Assembly: GCA_035379625.1 (NCBI GenBank)
Contig: DAOSVM010000006.1
Coordinates: forward strand, 11,485 to 75,484
Length of the DNA stretch: 64,000 nucleotides
Source of the DNA: Ignavibacteriales bacterium
GTDB lineage: Bacteria > Bacteroidota > Ignavibacteria > Ignavibacteriales > DAOSCP01
Direction of reading: 5' to 3'
The translations under genes were made by a program, and so were the position numbers. Below are positions 48,654-58,629 of this stretch, piece by piece. The notes under the pieces were generated by a model, which was not told the origin of the DNA, did not search any database, and saw only the letters and a program-made list of their open reading frames with translations. Position 1 is the stretch's first letter. Each line of letters begins with the position of its first letter.

Positions 48654-48887
48654 ATGGACGTAGAAGCAAAAGTAAAAGAAATTATCATGGACAAATTAGG
48701 AGTTGAAGAATCACAAATTACTCCTGAAGCTTCTTTTACAAATGATTTAGGTGCTGATTCTTTAGATGTTGTTGAATTAGTAATGGCTTTTGAAAACGAA
48801 TTCAACATCAAAATAGATGAAGCAGATCAAGAAAAAGTCCTAACAGTAGGTTCAGCAGTTGAATATATTAAAAGCAAGTTAGGATAA
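48654..48887 (+). CDS. acpP: Acyl carrier protein
   Basis: 77 aa with ..[16 protein letters not shown].. Confidence 0.95.
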   Translation: MDVEAKVKEIIMDKLGVEESQITPEASFTNDLGADSLDVVELVMAFENEFNIKIDEADQEKVLTVGSAVEYIKSKLG

Positions 48888-48896
48888 TTTTATTAA

Positions 48897-48924
48897 ACTG
48901 CAGGGTTAACCTGCAGTTATTTTA
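48897..48924 (+). terminator. Hairpin + U-rich tail between acpP and fabF (terminator/attenuator)
   Basis: ctgcagg-gttaa-cctgcag followed by ttatttt. Confidence 0.55.
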
Positions 48925-48945
48925 AACAACAATAAGGTTATTTAC

Positions 48946-50187
48946 ATGAAAAGAAGAGTAGTCGTAACTGGTTTAGGTGCTATAACACCAATAGGGAATA
49001 ACGTTAATGAATATTGGGAAAATTTATGTAAAGGAATTAGCGGGGTAGATACAATAACCAGATTCGATCCTAAAGATGTGAAAACAAAATTTGCAGCTGA
49101 AGTAAAAAATTATAAACCAGAAGACCATTTTGATAGAAAAGAAGTTAGAACGCTCGATTTATTTTCTCAATTTGCGCTTATTGCAGCTGATGAAGCTGTA
49201 AAAGATAGTCAATTAGATTTGAATAATATTGATAAAGATAGAGTTGGGGTTGTATTTGGTAGTGGTATCGGTGGATTGAAAACAAGTGAAGAACAACATG
49301 AAGTTTTCTTTAAACAAGGTCCACAAAGAATTAGCCCTTTTTATATTCCGATGTTAATTTCTGATATAGCTGCGGGTCACATTTCAATAAAATATGGTTT
49401 TACTGGACCAAATTTTGCAACAACTTCTGCTTGTGCAACTTCAGCCCACGCTTTGGCTAATGCATTGTACCTCATACAAAGAGGAAATGCTGATGTTATA
49501 GTTGCAGGCGGTTCAGAAGCTGTTATTACTCCTATGGCTGTTGGTGGATTTAATTCATTAAGAGCTATATCTACATGGAATGATAGGCCTAAAGAAGCTT
49601 CAAGGCCTTTTGATAAGGAAAGAAATGGTTTTGTTATGGGTGAAGGTGGAGCAATCCTTATATTGGAAGAGTATGAACACGCAAAGAAACGTGGTGCTAA
49701 AATATATGCTGAAATTGTTGGTGCTGGTTTAAGTGCTGATGCCTATCACATAACTGCGCCTGCTCCTGGTGGAGTTGGACAAGCTAAATCTATGAAATGG
49801 GCTCTTGAAGATGGTAATGTTAAACCTGAAGAAGTTGAATATATTAATGCGCATGGTACATCAACACCATTGAATGATGCTTCAGAAACCGCTGCTATTA
49901 AATCAGTATTCGGTGAGCATGCTTATAAATTACTTATTTCATCTAATAAGTCTATGATTGGGCATTTACTTGGTGCTGCAGCTGCAGTTGAAGCAATAGC
50001 TACTGTACTAACCTTGAAAAATGGTTTAATTCCTCCAACAATTAATCTTACTGTACCTGATCCTGAATGTGATTTAAATTATTGTCCTAATACAGCTGTC
50101 AAAGCTGATGTAAATTATGCATTAAGTAATAGTTTTGGTTTTGGTGGTCATAATGTCTCTCTTCTCTTTAAAAAATATTCTGAATAA
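48946..50187 (+). CDS. fabF: 3-oxoacyl-ACP synthase II
   Basis: 413 aa with ..TTSACATS.., ..INAHGTSTP.. and ..NSFGFGGHN.. Confidence 0.93.
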   Translation: MKRRVVVTGLGAITPIGNNVNEYWENLCKGISGVDTITRFDPKDVKTKFAAEVKNYKPEDHFDRKEVRTLDLFSQFALIAADEAVKDSQLDLNNIDKDRVGVVFGSGIGGLKTSEEQHEVFFKQGPQRISPFYIPMLISDIAAGHISIKYGFTGPNFATTSACATSAHALANALYLIQRGNADVIVAGGSEAVITPMAVGGFNSLRAISTWNDRPKEASRPFDKERNGFVMGEGGAILILEEYEHAKKRGAKIYAEIVGAGLSADAYHITAPAPGGVGQAKSMKWALEDGNVKPEEVEYINAHGTSTPLNDASETAAIKSVFGEHAYKLLISSNKSMIGHLLGAAAAVEAIATVLTLKNGLIPPTINLTVPDPECDLNYCPNTAVKADVNYALSNSFGFGGHNVSLLFKKYSE

Positions 50188-50932
50188 TTTTTTTAATCTT
50201 TTCCGGGGAAGCTCTCACATATCCACAAAAACCCGGAAAAGAATTATTGTTTTTATTGAACAATTATTAAATCATAAAATACGCAATGAAAATATTTACA
50301 TCGAGGCATTTACTCATAAATCATATGCTGACTTGAGAAAAAATGTCAATTCAAATCAAAGACTTGAATTTTTAGGAGATGCTGTTTTAGATTTGGTGAT
50401 TGCTGATGCCCTTTTTAAAAAGTACCCTGATATTCACGAAGGCTTACTTACTAAATATAGAGCCAGAATTGTAAACAAATATTTCCTCTATGAAATTGCC
50501 AATTCGCTAAATTTTGTTGATTATATAATTATAAACAAAAATGCGTTTTCCTCCTCTAATTTTTCATTAGAAAATATCCTACCAGATACATTGGAAGCAG
50601 TTATTGGAGCTATTTATCTAGATTTAGGATATGATCAAGCCTATCAATTTGTATTGCATAAAATTATGTTTAAAGCGCTTGAAAGCAATATTCATCTACA
50701 AGATAACGATTATAAAAGTAAATTACTTGAAATTGTAAACGCTCGAAAATTACCAGCTCCTCAATATGATACATTCGAAAATACCGATGTTAATAACAAC
50801 AAATCTTTTGAAGTACATCTTTATATTGGTGATAAAAAATATGGTACTGGTATAGGGAAATCTAAAAAAATTGCTCAGCAAAATGCAGCTCAACAAGCTA
50901 TTGAAAACCTAAAAAGAGAAAATTTAATTTAA
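50153..50932 (+). CDS. rnc: Ribonuclease III
   Basis: ..EAFTHKSY.., the RNase III signature ..QRLEFLGDAVLD.., and a C-terminal dsRBD (..GKSKKIAQQNAAQQA..). The start is uncertain: ATG 50153 overlaps fabF by 35 nt, and the track uses TTG 50135. Confidence 0.85.
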   Translation: MSLFSLKNILNNFFNLFRGSSHISTKTRKRIIVFIEQLLNHKIRNENIYIEAFTHKSYADLRKNVNSNQRLEFLGDAVLDLVIADALFKKYPDIHEGLLTKYRARIVNKYFLYEIANSLNFVDYIIINKNAFSSSNFSLENILPDTLEAVIGAIYLDLGYDQAYQFVLHKIMFKALESNIHLQDNDYKSKLLEIVNARKLPAPQYDTFENTDVNNNKSFEVHLYIGDKKYGTGIGKSKKIAQQNAAQQAIENLKRENLI

Positions 50933-50977
50933 CTTTTTTTATTTATTTTTTTTCCATATATTATTAATAAAAAAACT

Positions 50978-51643
50978 ATGAATATCGTTTTTGATATCGA
51001 AACACTAGCTTTGCCTTTCGAAAGCCTTAGCCCTTCGCAGCAAGAGTACATACAAAGATATGCTAATAAGATTGAAGATGAAAATGAAAGGTTGAAAAAA
51101 ATGGAAGAGAATATAAAATATCTTCCATTGTATCCTTTTACAGCAAAAATTATTGCTGTTGGGATGTATGAGATTAAATCTAAAAAGGGAATTGTTTTAT
51201 ATGAATCTTCATTAGAAAATGAGTTATGGAAAAGTGTAGATGAAACTTTTAAATTCCAGCCTGCTGATGAAAAATATATGATTGATTATTTTTGGTCTAA
51301 AATTGTTAAAGCTAAACAAATAATAAGTTTTAATGGTAAAAATTTTGATATCCCTTTCTTAAAGATTAGATCTGCAATAAATCAAATTAAAGTCCCTAAA
51401 ATGAATAACATTTTGCATACTGATCTCTTAGATGAGTTAACATTTTATGGTAAAATTAGAAAATTTAATTTGGATTTTTATTGTCATGCTTTTGGTATAG
51501 AAACTCCCAAAACTGATTTTGCTAATGGTTTAGAAGTTAGCAATTTATATCAAGCACAAAGATATAAAGAAATTGCTGAATATTGTTCACGTGATTTAAT
51601 TGCTACTGCAAAACTTTTCGAAATATTTCAGAATTATTTATGA
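50978..51643 (+). CDS. RNase H-like / 3'-5' exonuclease-fold protein
   Basis: 221 aa. MNIVFDIET.. (ExoI-like DxE), ..SFNGKNFDIPFL.. and ..YCSRDL.. resemble a DEDD-type exonuclease domain. Confidence 0.5.
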   Translation: MNIVFDIETLALPFESLSPSQQEYIQRYANKIEDENERLKKMEENIKYLPLYPFTAKIIAVGMYEIKSKKGIVLYESSLENELWKSVDETFKFQPADEKYMIDYFWSKIVKAKQIISFNGKNFDIPFLKIRSAINQIKVPKMNNILHTDLLDELTFYGKIRKFNLDFYCHAFGIETPKTDFANGLEVSNLYQAQRYKEIAEYCSRDLIATAKLFEIFQNYL

Positions 51644-52512
51644 TTGATAAATTAAAAATATTATTTAAGTCTTTGAATTATTATTTTAATGGAATTTATC
51701 AATTAATTGACGATGAGAATTTATTCCTTATGTCCAGTGCTATTACTTTTAACCTTATTACGTGCATAATTCCATTAATACTGATTATATTTTCCGTTAT
51801 TGGAAATATTTTGACATATGATGCAATACAAAATAAAATTTATAATTTTATTGAAAATACTATTCCTTATCCTTCAACTGCAAGATATATTGAAATTATT
51901 ATTGAAGATAGAGTAAACGAATTTATTGCATTTAAAAATTCTGCAGGGTTTTTAGGAGCAATTGGTTTGTTTATTACTGCAAGTAGTCTTTTCAATTCTC
52001 TAAGTGTAATCCTAAATAAAATTTATGAAATTAATAAGAGAACAAATTTTATTTTAGCAAAATTACGAGATATTGGGCTAATCATAATAACTATTCTTTT
52101 ACTTTCTTTATACATTTTAATTGTTCCTTTATTAGAACTATTTATAAAACTGATTAAATACCTCCCATTTTTAAATATAGTTATTTTCCCAACTGTCAAT
52201 TACCTATTTGTGAATATAATTTCATTTGTAATTGTATTTTTGATTTTCTATTTAATTTATACCATATTGCCATATAAATTACTAAAAAATGAAATTCGTA
52301 TTGTAAGTGCTTTTACATCATCAATATTGTGGACAATAGCTAAATTAGTTTTTGGATACTATTTAATAAAATTTGCATCTTTTAATAAAATTTATGGAAC
52401 TTATGCAGTATTTGTTATTGTTGTATTTTGGGTTTATTATACTTCCATGATTTTAGTAATTGGTGCCTCAATAGGGCATCTTTATGATAAAAAACATAAC
52501 AATAATTTATAG
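51640..52512 (+). CDS. YihY/BrkB-family membrane protein
   Basis: 290 aa, about 6 TM helices, with the family-typical length and hydrophobic pattern. Confidence 0.6.
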   Translation: MIDKLKILFKSLNYYFNGIYQLIDDENLFLMSSAITFNLITCIIPLILIIFSVIGNILTYDAIQNKIYNFIENTIPYPSTARYIEIIIEDRVNEFIAFKNSAGFLGAIGLFITASSLFNSLSVILNKIYEINKRTNFILAKLRDIGLIIITILLLSLYILIVPLLELFIKLIKYLPFLNIVIFPTVNYLFVNIISFVIVFLIFYLIYTILPYKLLKNEIRIVSAFTSSILWTIAKLVFGYYLIKFASFNKIYGTYAVFVIVVFWVYYTSMILVIGASIGHLYDKKHNNNL

Positions 52513-52521
52513 GAGAAACTT

Positions 52522-53851
52522 ATGGATGTCTTATTACTCTCCCGAATCCAATTTGCAATTACTGTAGGGTTTCATTTTTTGTATCCTCCAATGAGTATTG
52601 GGCTTGCTGCTTTAATCGTTTTTTTGGAGGGTATGTATTTAAAAACAAAAGACAAAATGTATGAAGAATTAGTAAAATTTTGGATCAAAATTTTTGCTGC
52701 AACATTTGCTGTAGGAGTAGCAACAGGCATAGTAATGGAATTTGAGTTTGGTACTAATTGGTCTAAATATTCTCGTTTTGTTGGGGATGTTTTTGGTAGT
52801 CCTCTTGCTGCCGAAGGCGTTTTCGCTTTCTTCCTTGAATCTACTTTCTTAGGAGTATTACTTTTCGGTTGGAAAAAAGTTAGTCCCAAAATGCATTTTT
52901 TCTCTGCTTTAATGGTAGCTATAGGTTCAATATTAAGTGCTTTTTGGATTTTAGTTGCTAACTCTTGGCAACAAACACCACAAGGTTATCATATTGTCAA
53001 TAATAATGGAGTTTTAAGAGCTGAAATTGTTGATTTTTGGGCAATGGTTTTTCAATCCATCAACTGTTGATAGATTAATTCATACAATATTAGCTTCCTT
53101 TATGACAGGTGGTTTTTTTATGCTAAGTATAGCAGCCTATTATTTATTAAAGAAAGTTCACGTTGAACATGCAAAAAAAATGTTTAAAGTTGCTATTATT
53201 TTTACAGCTGTAGTATCACTACTTGAGTTAGCATCAGGACATAGTAATTCCCAAATGATTGCAAAACATCAACCAGCTAAACTTGCTGCTGCTGAAGCAC
53301 ATTATGACTCTTTATCAAAAGCTACACTTTATTTATTCGGTTGGGTTGACGAAAAAGAACAAAAAGTTTACGGAATTGGCATCCCTGGTATGTTAAGCTT
53401 CCTAATTTCGGGTGATTTTAATTATCCTGTTAAAGGTTTAAATGCTTTCAAAAAAGATGAAATTCCACCAGTCAATTTTGTCTTCCAAAGCTATCATATT
53501 ATGGTTGCACTTGGAATGTTAATGATCGCATTAAGTTTATTCGGCGTTTACCTTCTGTGGAAAAATAAAATTGATGCCTATCCATGGTTTCTCAAAATCC
53601 TTTTAATATCATTTATTTTCCCTCAACTTGCAAATCAGTTTGGTTGGATTACTGCTGAAGTCGGTAGGCAACCTTGGGTGGTTTATGGATTAATGAAAAC
53701 CAAAGATGCTTTTTCTCCTATATTAGATGCCGGGCAAGTATTATTTTCTATAATTCTATTTTCTTCTATCTATTTGTTATTGTTAGCTTTATTTGTTTTT
53801 GTCGTAGTTAAAAAAGTTAAAGCTGGCCCAGTAGAACTTAATAAAAATTAG
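52522..53851 (+). pseudogene. cydA: Cytochrome bd ubiquinol oxidase subunit I, split by a +1 frameshift at the T5 run 53048-53052
   Basis: ORF 52522-53070 (..[16 protein letters not shown].., ..[14 protein letters not shown]..) and ORF 53027-53851 (..[11 protein letters not shown].., ..GRQPWVVYG..) together make one CydA. Removing one base in atggTTTTTcaat restores ..[15 protein letters not shown].. Confidence 0.85.
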
Positions 53852-53871
53852 TAATATAGGAGATAATTACC

Positions 53872-54888
53872 ATGGAACTCAATATAATTTGGTTTATTTT
53901 AATAGCAGTTCTTCTAACCGGATATGTTATTCTAGATGGATTTGATTTAGGAATTGGTTTTGTTAGTTTTTTTGCAAAAAATGATACCGATAAAAGAATA
54001 TTGCTTAATTCGATAGCTCCCGTTTGGGACGGTAATGAAGTTTGGCTTTTAACAGGTGGTGGCGCATTATTTGCTGCGTTCCCAGATGTTTATGCTACTA
54101 TCTTTTCAGGATTTTATATGGCTTTAATGCTTGTTCTTGCAATGCTTATTTTCAGGGCAACAGCACTCGAGTTTAGAAGCAAAAGCGAAAATCCAACTTG
54201 GCGAAAAATTTTCGATAACTTATTTGCCATATCTTCAACAATAGCTGCTTTATTATTCGGGGTTGCTTTAGGAAACGTTGCTAACGGAATATACCTAGAT
54301 GCTAATAAAGAATATGTTGGTACATTTTGGAATCTACTCAATCCATATTCATTAGTTGTAGGCCTTACAGGTTTAGCCCTAATTATAGTACACGGCTTCA
54401 ATTATGCTTTCTACAGAACAGAAAATGAATTACAAAAACTTTTAAAAAGTAAATATAATATATTCTACTATCTATACTTTGCACTATTTGTTATATTAAA
54501 CCTTTTTACAATAATTGCAAAACCACATTTATTACAAAATTATAATTCAAATCCTGTATTATACTTATTACCGTTAGTTAACTTAATTGTTATACTTTTG
54601 ATGTATAAATATCATAAATCCAACTTCCATTTGAAAACATTTTTTATGTCATCCTTATCGATTTTGCTAAATATGCTCACTTTCGCTATTGCAATGTTTC
54701 CAAATTTCGCATATTCTTTAACAGATCCAAAATTAAATTTAACAATTTACAACTCGGCATCATCCCAAAAAACTTTAACAGTTATGCTAATAATTGCCCT
54801 TATTGGAATGCCATTGGTTATAACATATACTATTGTTGTTTACAGAATATTCCGTGGAAAGACTGTATTGAATGAAAATAGTTATTAA
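53872..54888 (+). CDS. cydB: Cytochrome bd ubiquinol oxidase subunit II
   Basis: 338 aa with ..ILDGFDLGIG.., ..WDGNEVWLL.. and about 8 TM helices. Confidence 0.9.
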   Translation: MELNIIWFILIAVLLTGYVILDGFDLGIGFVSFFAKNDTDKRILLNSIAPVWDGNEVWLLTGGGALFAAFPDVYATIFSGFYMALMLVLAMLIFRATALEFRSKSENPTWRKIFDNLFAISSTIAALLFGVALGNVANGIYLDANKEYVGTFWNLLNPYSLVVGLTGLALIIVHGFNYAFYRTENELQKLLKSKYNIFYYLYFALFVILNLFTIIAKPHLLQNYNSNPVLYLLPLVNLIVILLMYKYHKSNFHLKTFFMSSLSILLNMLTFAIAMFPNFAYSLTDPKLNLTIYNSASSQKTLTVMLIIALIGMPLVITYTIVVYRIFRGKTVLNENSY

Positions 54889-54910
54889 TAAACAACACTA
54901 AATTAATTAC

Positions 54911-54939
54911 AAAGCTCTCCTAAAAGAGAGCTTTTTTTT
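54911..54939 (+). terminator. Rho-independent terminator of the cyd operon
   Basis: aaagctctc-ctaaaa-gagagcttt, with the T-run continuing to 54939. Confidence 0.8.
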
Positions 54940-54942
54940 ATA

Positions 54943-55507
54943 TAGCTCAGACAGTGTAAGCTTAAAGCCCGTGCGCCGTGCGGCGCACGGGCAGGCTAAC
55001 GCCCAAAATTTTTCCCCAATACATTCCAATTAATTTTACCAATTTATTTTAATATTTTTACATTTAGCAAAATAACTAAATATTGTTTAATTATTCTTTT
55101 GTATGCTTAATGATAAATACAAAATTAAACATAATATCGTTATAATTATACATCAGATATTACAATAAAATTGCGTTTAAGATATATTATTAATTTTCAA
55201 TAATATATATACAAAAACAATATAATTGCTTATACGATATAATTGTAAATACAATCATATTATATAGAAATCAGAAATAAATATAAAAATATGCAAGATT
55301 ACATATTAGATTTAACAAAAAAAATCAGTCAAACATACAATCTGCACTGCATTTTGACGCTGCATTATAAGAGATGTGGAATTATGAAACTGTTAAGCTA
55401 CACTTTGTAAGGTGATAATGAAAAGATTTTTAGCGGGCCGTTCCGGCCCGCTGCCCCTTGCAGCTTTCCACAAGCTGCAAGGGGCTATACCTATACTGTC
55501 TGAGCTA
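54943..55507 (+). mobile_element. Non-coding TIR-bounded repeat element, copy 4 (A end to B end on the + strand), 565 bp
   Basis: TA|GCTCAGACAGTGTAAGCTTA ... TATACCTATACTGTCTGAGC|TA. A hairpin 54967-54992 (11-bp stem). B hairpins are agcgggccg-ttc-cggcccgct and 55454-55484 (13-bp perfect stem). The 17-bp array at about 55130-55262 is more degenerate. Confidence 0.85.
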
Positions 55508-55675
55508 TATTATTCCTGTATCTTATCAAAAATGTAAAAAAAATATTAATAATATTGTAAAATTGCTGCTATAAAAAATTAGTAGCAAAATTAATAATAA
55601 TTTAATACTGTAATGAGAAAATTGATAATAATTATGATTATATTACATTAAAACAAATCATTTATAAGGAATCAA

Positions 55676-57130
55676 ATGAAAAAAATCATACTTTTATTGT
55701 TTACTACTATTATTATTTTTTCACAAGAACTAAGAGTAACCGATATGAATGGTTATTCTGTAGAAAAACCACAAATGGCTATACATAATGGCTTAGTGCA
55801 TCTAACCTACGCTACAAATTATAGGTATTATCAGTTTCCTTTAACTGGACCAATCGCCCCTATTTCAAATCCAAAAAATATTTTTCCTTACCAATGGGGA
55901 CCAACAAACGTTTCAATTGCAGCTGGTGGTAATTATGTATCTTCTTTGATTATTGATTACTTAAGCACTTCAGGAAAATTTATCCTATACAATTTTTTTT
56001 CAAATGATATTGGCAATAATTGGTCGATTGAACAACTTGTTGATACTGTTGAAATTTCAAGCTCTTTGACTTTAAGAAGTGATCTTCCAAAAGTTTTAAG
56101 TACTCATGATGGTAATTTTTACTATTTATGGTTCAATTTTCATAAACAAAATGCAAATTCTCAATTAATGTTTAGTAATAACTTTGGTTATATTAAAAAA
56201 GAAATTGGTGACACAAATTACGAAGATGTAGTTAATATGACAGTTCGTAAAATTATTAATCAGGATTATATTGCAATAACCTATGCTTATAATTCAATTG
56301 GTAAAACTAATGCATATTTTGTGATATCCACTGACGGTGGCAATACTTTTAGCCAACCTAAAATATTTTTTAGTGATACTAATAGTATGGGATATACTAA
56401 TGTCGAGCAAACTTGGGTTAAAATTATGCCCGATTTAAGCATATTTACAGCAATCTCTTATTCTAAAATGACATTTGGTCAGCCTGGACAACACGAATGG
56501 CAGGGTGGTACATATTTATTTAAATCTACTAATTTAGGAAATTCGTGGGAACCATATTTACAAATTGATACTGTTTATGAATATTATCATTCAATATTTG
56601 ATATGACAGATGAAAAAGTTATTGTTAAACTTTGCAGATATGATAACATGTACTTAAAAACAACAATAGATTGTCAAAATTGGTCTGTTTCAGATAACCT
56701 ACTTTCTATTGATAGCTTGCAAATATACAGTCCTACGATGATATTAGATAATAATAAAGCAGCAACCGCATGGATTGATTATAGAACAGGTCATCCAGAA
56801 ATTTATTACAGATATGTAGATATTCCGCAAGCGCCTGTATCTGTAATTTCAAGTAATAATAAGATTGAAAACTTTATACTATATCAAAATTATCCAAATC
56901 CATTTAACCCAAGTACTATCATAAAATTTGTTAACAATAAAAGTCAGAACATCAAAATATCTGTTTATGATATAATGGGAAAAAAAGTTGCTAATTTATT
57001 AGATAAACATTTTAGTGCAGGCTCATATGAAATTAATTTTATCCCAAATAATTTAAATTCAGGAGTATATTTTGCAGTCGTTGAAACACCAAATTTTAAA
57101 AAGTCTATAAAAATGGTTTATTTGAAATAA
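55676..57130 (+). CDS. BNR/Asp-box repeat protein with T9SS C-terminal sorting domain
   Basis: 484 aa with a signal peptide. Asp-boxes ..STDGGNTFS.. and ..STNLGNSWE... C-terminus ..LYQNYPNPFNPSTIIKF...GVYFAVVET.. Confidence 0.7.
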   Translation: MKKIILLLFTTIIIFSQELRVTDMNGYSVEKPQMAIHNGLVHLTYATNYRYYQFPLTGPIAPISNPKNIFPYQWGPTNVSIAAGGNYVSSLIIDYLSTSGKFILYNFFSNDIGNNWSIEQLVDTVEISSSLTLRSDLPKVLSTHDGNFYYLWFNFHKQNANSQLMFSNNFGYIKKEIGDTNYEDVVNMTVRKIINQDYIAITYAYNSIGKTNAYFVISTDGGNTFSQPKIFFSDTNSMGYTNVEQTWVKIMPDLSIFTAISYSKMTFGQPGQHEWQGGTYLFKSTNLGNSWEPYLQIDTVYEYYHSIFDMTDEKVIVKLCRYDNMYLKTTIDCQNWSVSDNLLSIDSLQIYSPTMILDNNKAATAWIDYRTGHPEIYYRYVDIPQAPVSVISSNNKIENFILYQNYPNPFNPSTIIKFVNNKSQNIKISVYDIMGKKVANLLDKHFSAGSYEINFIPNNLNSGVYFAVVETPNFKKSIKMVYLK

Positions 57131-57150
57131 TTAAAAAAAAATAAATATAA

Positions 57151-57178
57151 AAAAGCTGCCTTCAAGGCAGCTTTTTTA
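57151..57178 (+). terminator. Rho-independent terminator
   Basis: aaaagctgcc-ttca(a)-ggcagctttttt. Confidence 0.8.
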
Positions 57179-57285
57179 ATGTAATTTAAATTATTGTTAT
57201 TCATATGTTAAGTAATGTTAAAATTTATTTTTATATTTAAAATAAAATATTTATATTGTGATATATAAACAATAAAAGGTAGTAT

Positions 57286-58629
57286 ATGTTACCCCAAAAA
57301 AATGACACATTTTGGAGAAACCTTGTTACAGGTAAAATCGAACATGAATTTAATTTTATGGTTGCTAGTCTACTTGTAAAAAGATTAAATTTAACTACTT
57401 ATTTCGACCCTTCTGAAGAAACCATAAGTAAATGTATTGATGAAGTATATGATTTTTTTACAAAGTATCAAAAATTTTTAAATAAAGATATAATTCCATT
57501 GCTTGGTATTCCAAGTATTATGCAACTTATGACAGTTGAGCAGGCAAAAGAAGAAATTAAAAAGGGAAAAAATTTAATTATTGCCGGAAATGAAAAAATA
57601 CTATCTGCTTTACCAGCCGGTAATTGGATAGCTGGTACAAGTAATTCTTTCATTGATAAAAACTCGTGTATAACAACTGATGATTTATTGTTTGTAAATG
57701 AACTACCATACTACATTGAAAATATAAAAATTGAAGAATTTACAGAAAATAATATTCAAAATATAAATAGAAATTCCTACGATAATGGCTTTACAATATT
57801 AATTTTACCATTTGAAAGTAAAATACATATTAAATATGCAAAAAATGCAGCGTTCTTTGAAAGTATTTATACATCACCTATAATAGGTTGGATAGCTGGA
57901 GATATTGATAATTCCCGAGCAAAAATATTTAATGGTAAAGAGCTTACATCATCATCTCATAAAGGCATTGCAATGTATTGCGAACTACCCAAAGATAAAA
58001 CTGCAAAATTAAGTATAATAAATTTGTTTAAACCAAATTTAAATTATAAAATTGAATTTTTAGAAGATAGTTTCTACATTAATGAAGCCTTAGTAAACGG
58101 TAAAAAAGTTAAATTTTTAGAATTTTTAAAAAGCATGAATTACGATATAAAAAACCCGCTTACAGCAAATTTGTATGGTTCCTTCATAAATGTAAGCTTT
58201 AAAGAAATTATTAATGACAATATTTATATGTACGCCCCTGTTTTCAAAGGAACTGAATACCATTTATCGATACCTATAAGTAATTACGTAGATGAATTTA
58301 ATTCAATAGAACAAATAAACGCTAACCCAGTATTTAGTTGTCATTGTATATTAAATTATAAATATTCGGAGTTAGAAGGGAAAAAATTAAATAATTTTTA
58401 TGGACCGTCTACATATGGAGAAATAGGCTATATTTTACTAAATCAGACAGTAGCATATTTAGAAATATTAAAAAAAAGCTGTCTTGTAAGGCAGCTTATT
58501 TTATTTAGCTCAGACAGTATAGGCATAGCCTCTTGCGGCTTGTGCCAAGCCGCAAGAGGCAGCGGGCCGGAACGGCCCGCTAAAACTCTTTCTTTATCAC
58601 CTTACAAAGAGCGGTGCTTTATGGCCTAA
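57286..58629 (+). CDS. Hypothetical cytoplasmic protein; the last ~41 codons are read from a terminator and repeat-element copy 5
   Basis: 447-aa ORF with no recognisable motif. From about 58476 the frame passes through a terminator hairpin and then the element B end (..FSSDSIGIASCGLCQAARGSGPERPAK..). Confidence 0.5.
   Translation: MLPQKNDTFWRNLVTGKIEHEFNFMVASLLVKRLNLTTYFDPSEETISKCIDEVYDFFTKYQKFLNKDIIPLLGIPSIMQLMTVEQAKEEIKKGKNLIIAGNEKILSALPAGNWIAGTSNSFIDKNSCITTDDLLFVNELPYYIENIKIEEFTENNIQNINRNSYDNGFTILILPFESKIHIKYAKNAAFFESIYTSPIIGWIAGDIDNSRAKIFNGKELTSSSHKGIAMYCELPKDKTAKLSIINLFKPNLNYKIEFLEDSFYINEALVNGKKVKFLEFLKSMNYDIKNPLTANLYGSFINVSFKEIINDNIYMYAPVFKGTEYHLSIPISNYVDEFNSIEQINANPVFSCHCILNYKYSELEGKKLNNFYGPSTYGEIGYILLNQTVAYLEILKKSCLVRQLILFSSDSIGIASCGLCQAARGSGPERPAKTLSLSPYKERCFMA
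58476..58505 (+). terminator. Rho-independent terminator-like hairpin (inside the 3' end of ORF 57286-58629)
   Basis: aagctgtc-ttgtaa-ggcagctt followed by attttattt. The sequence is related to the terminator at 57151. Confidence 0.6.
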
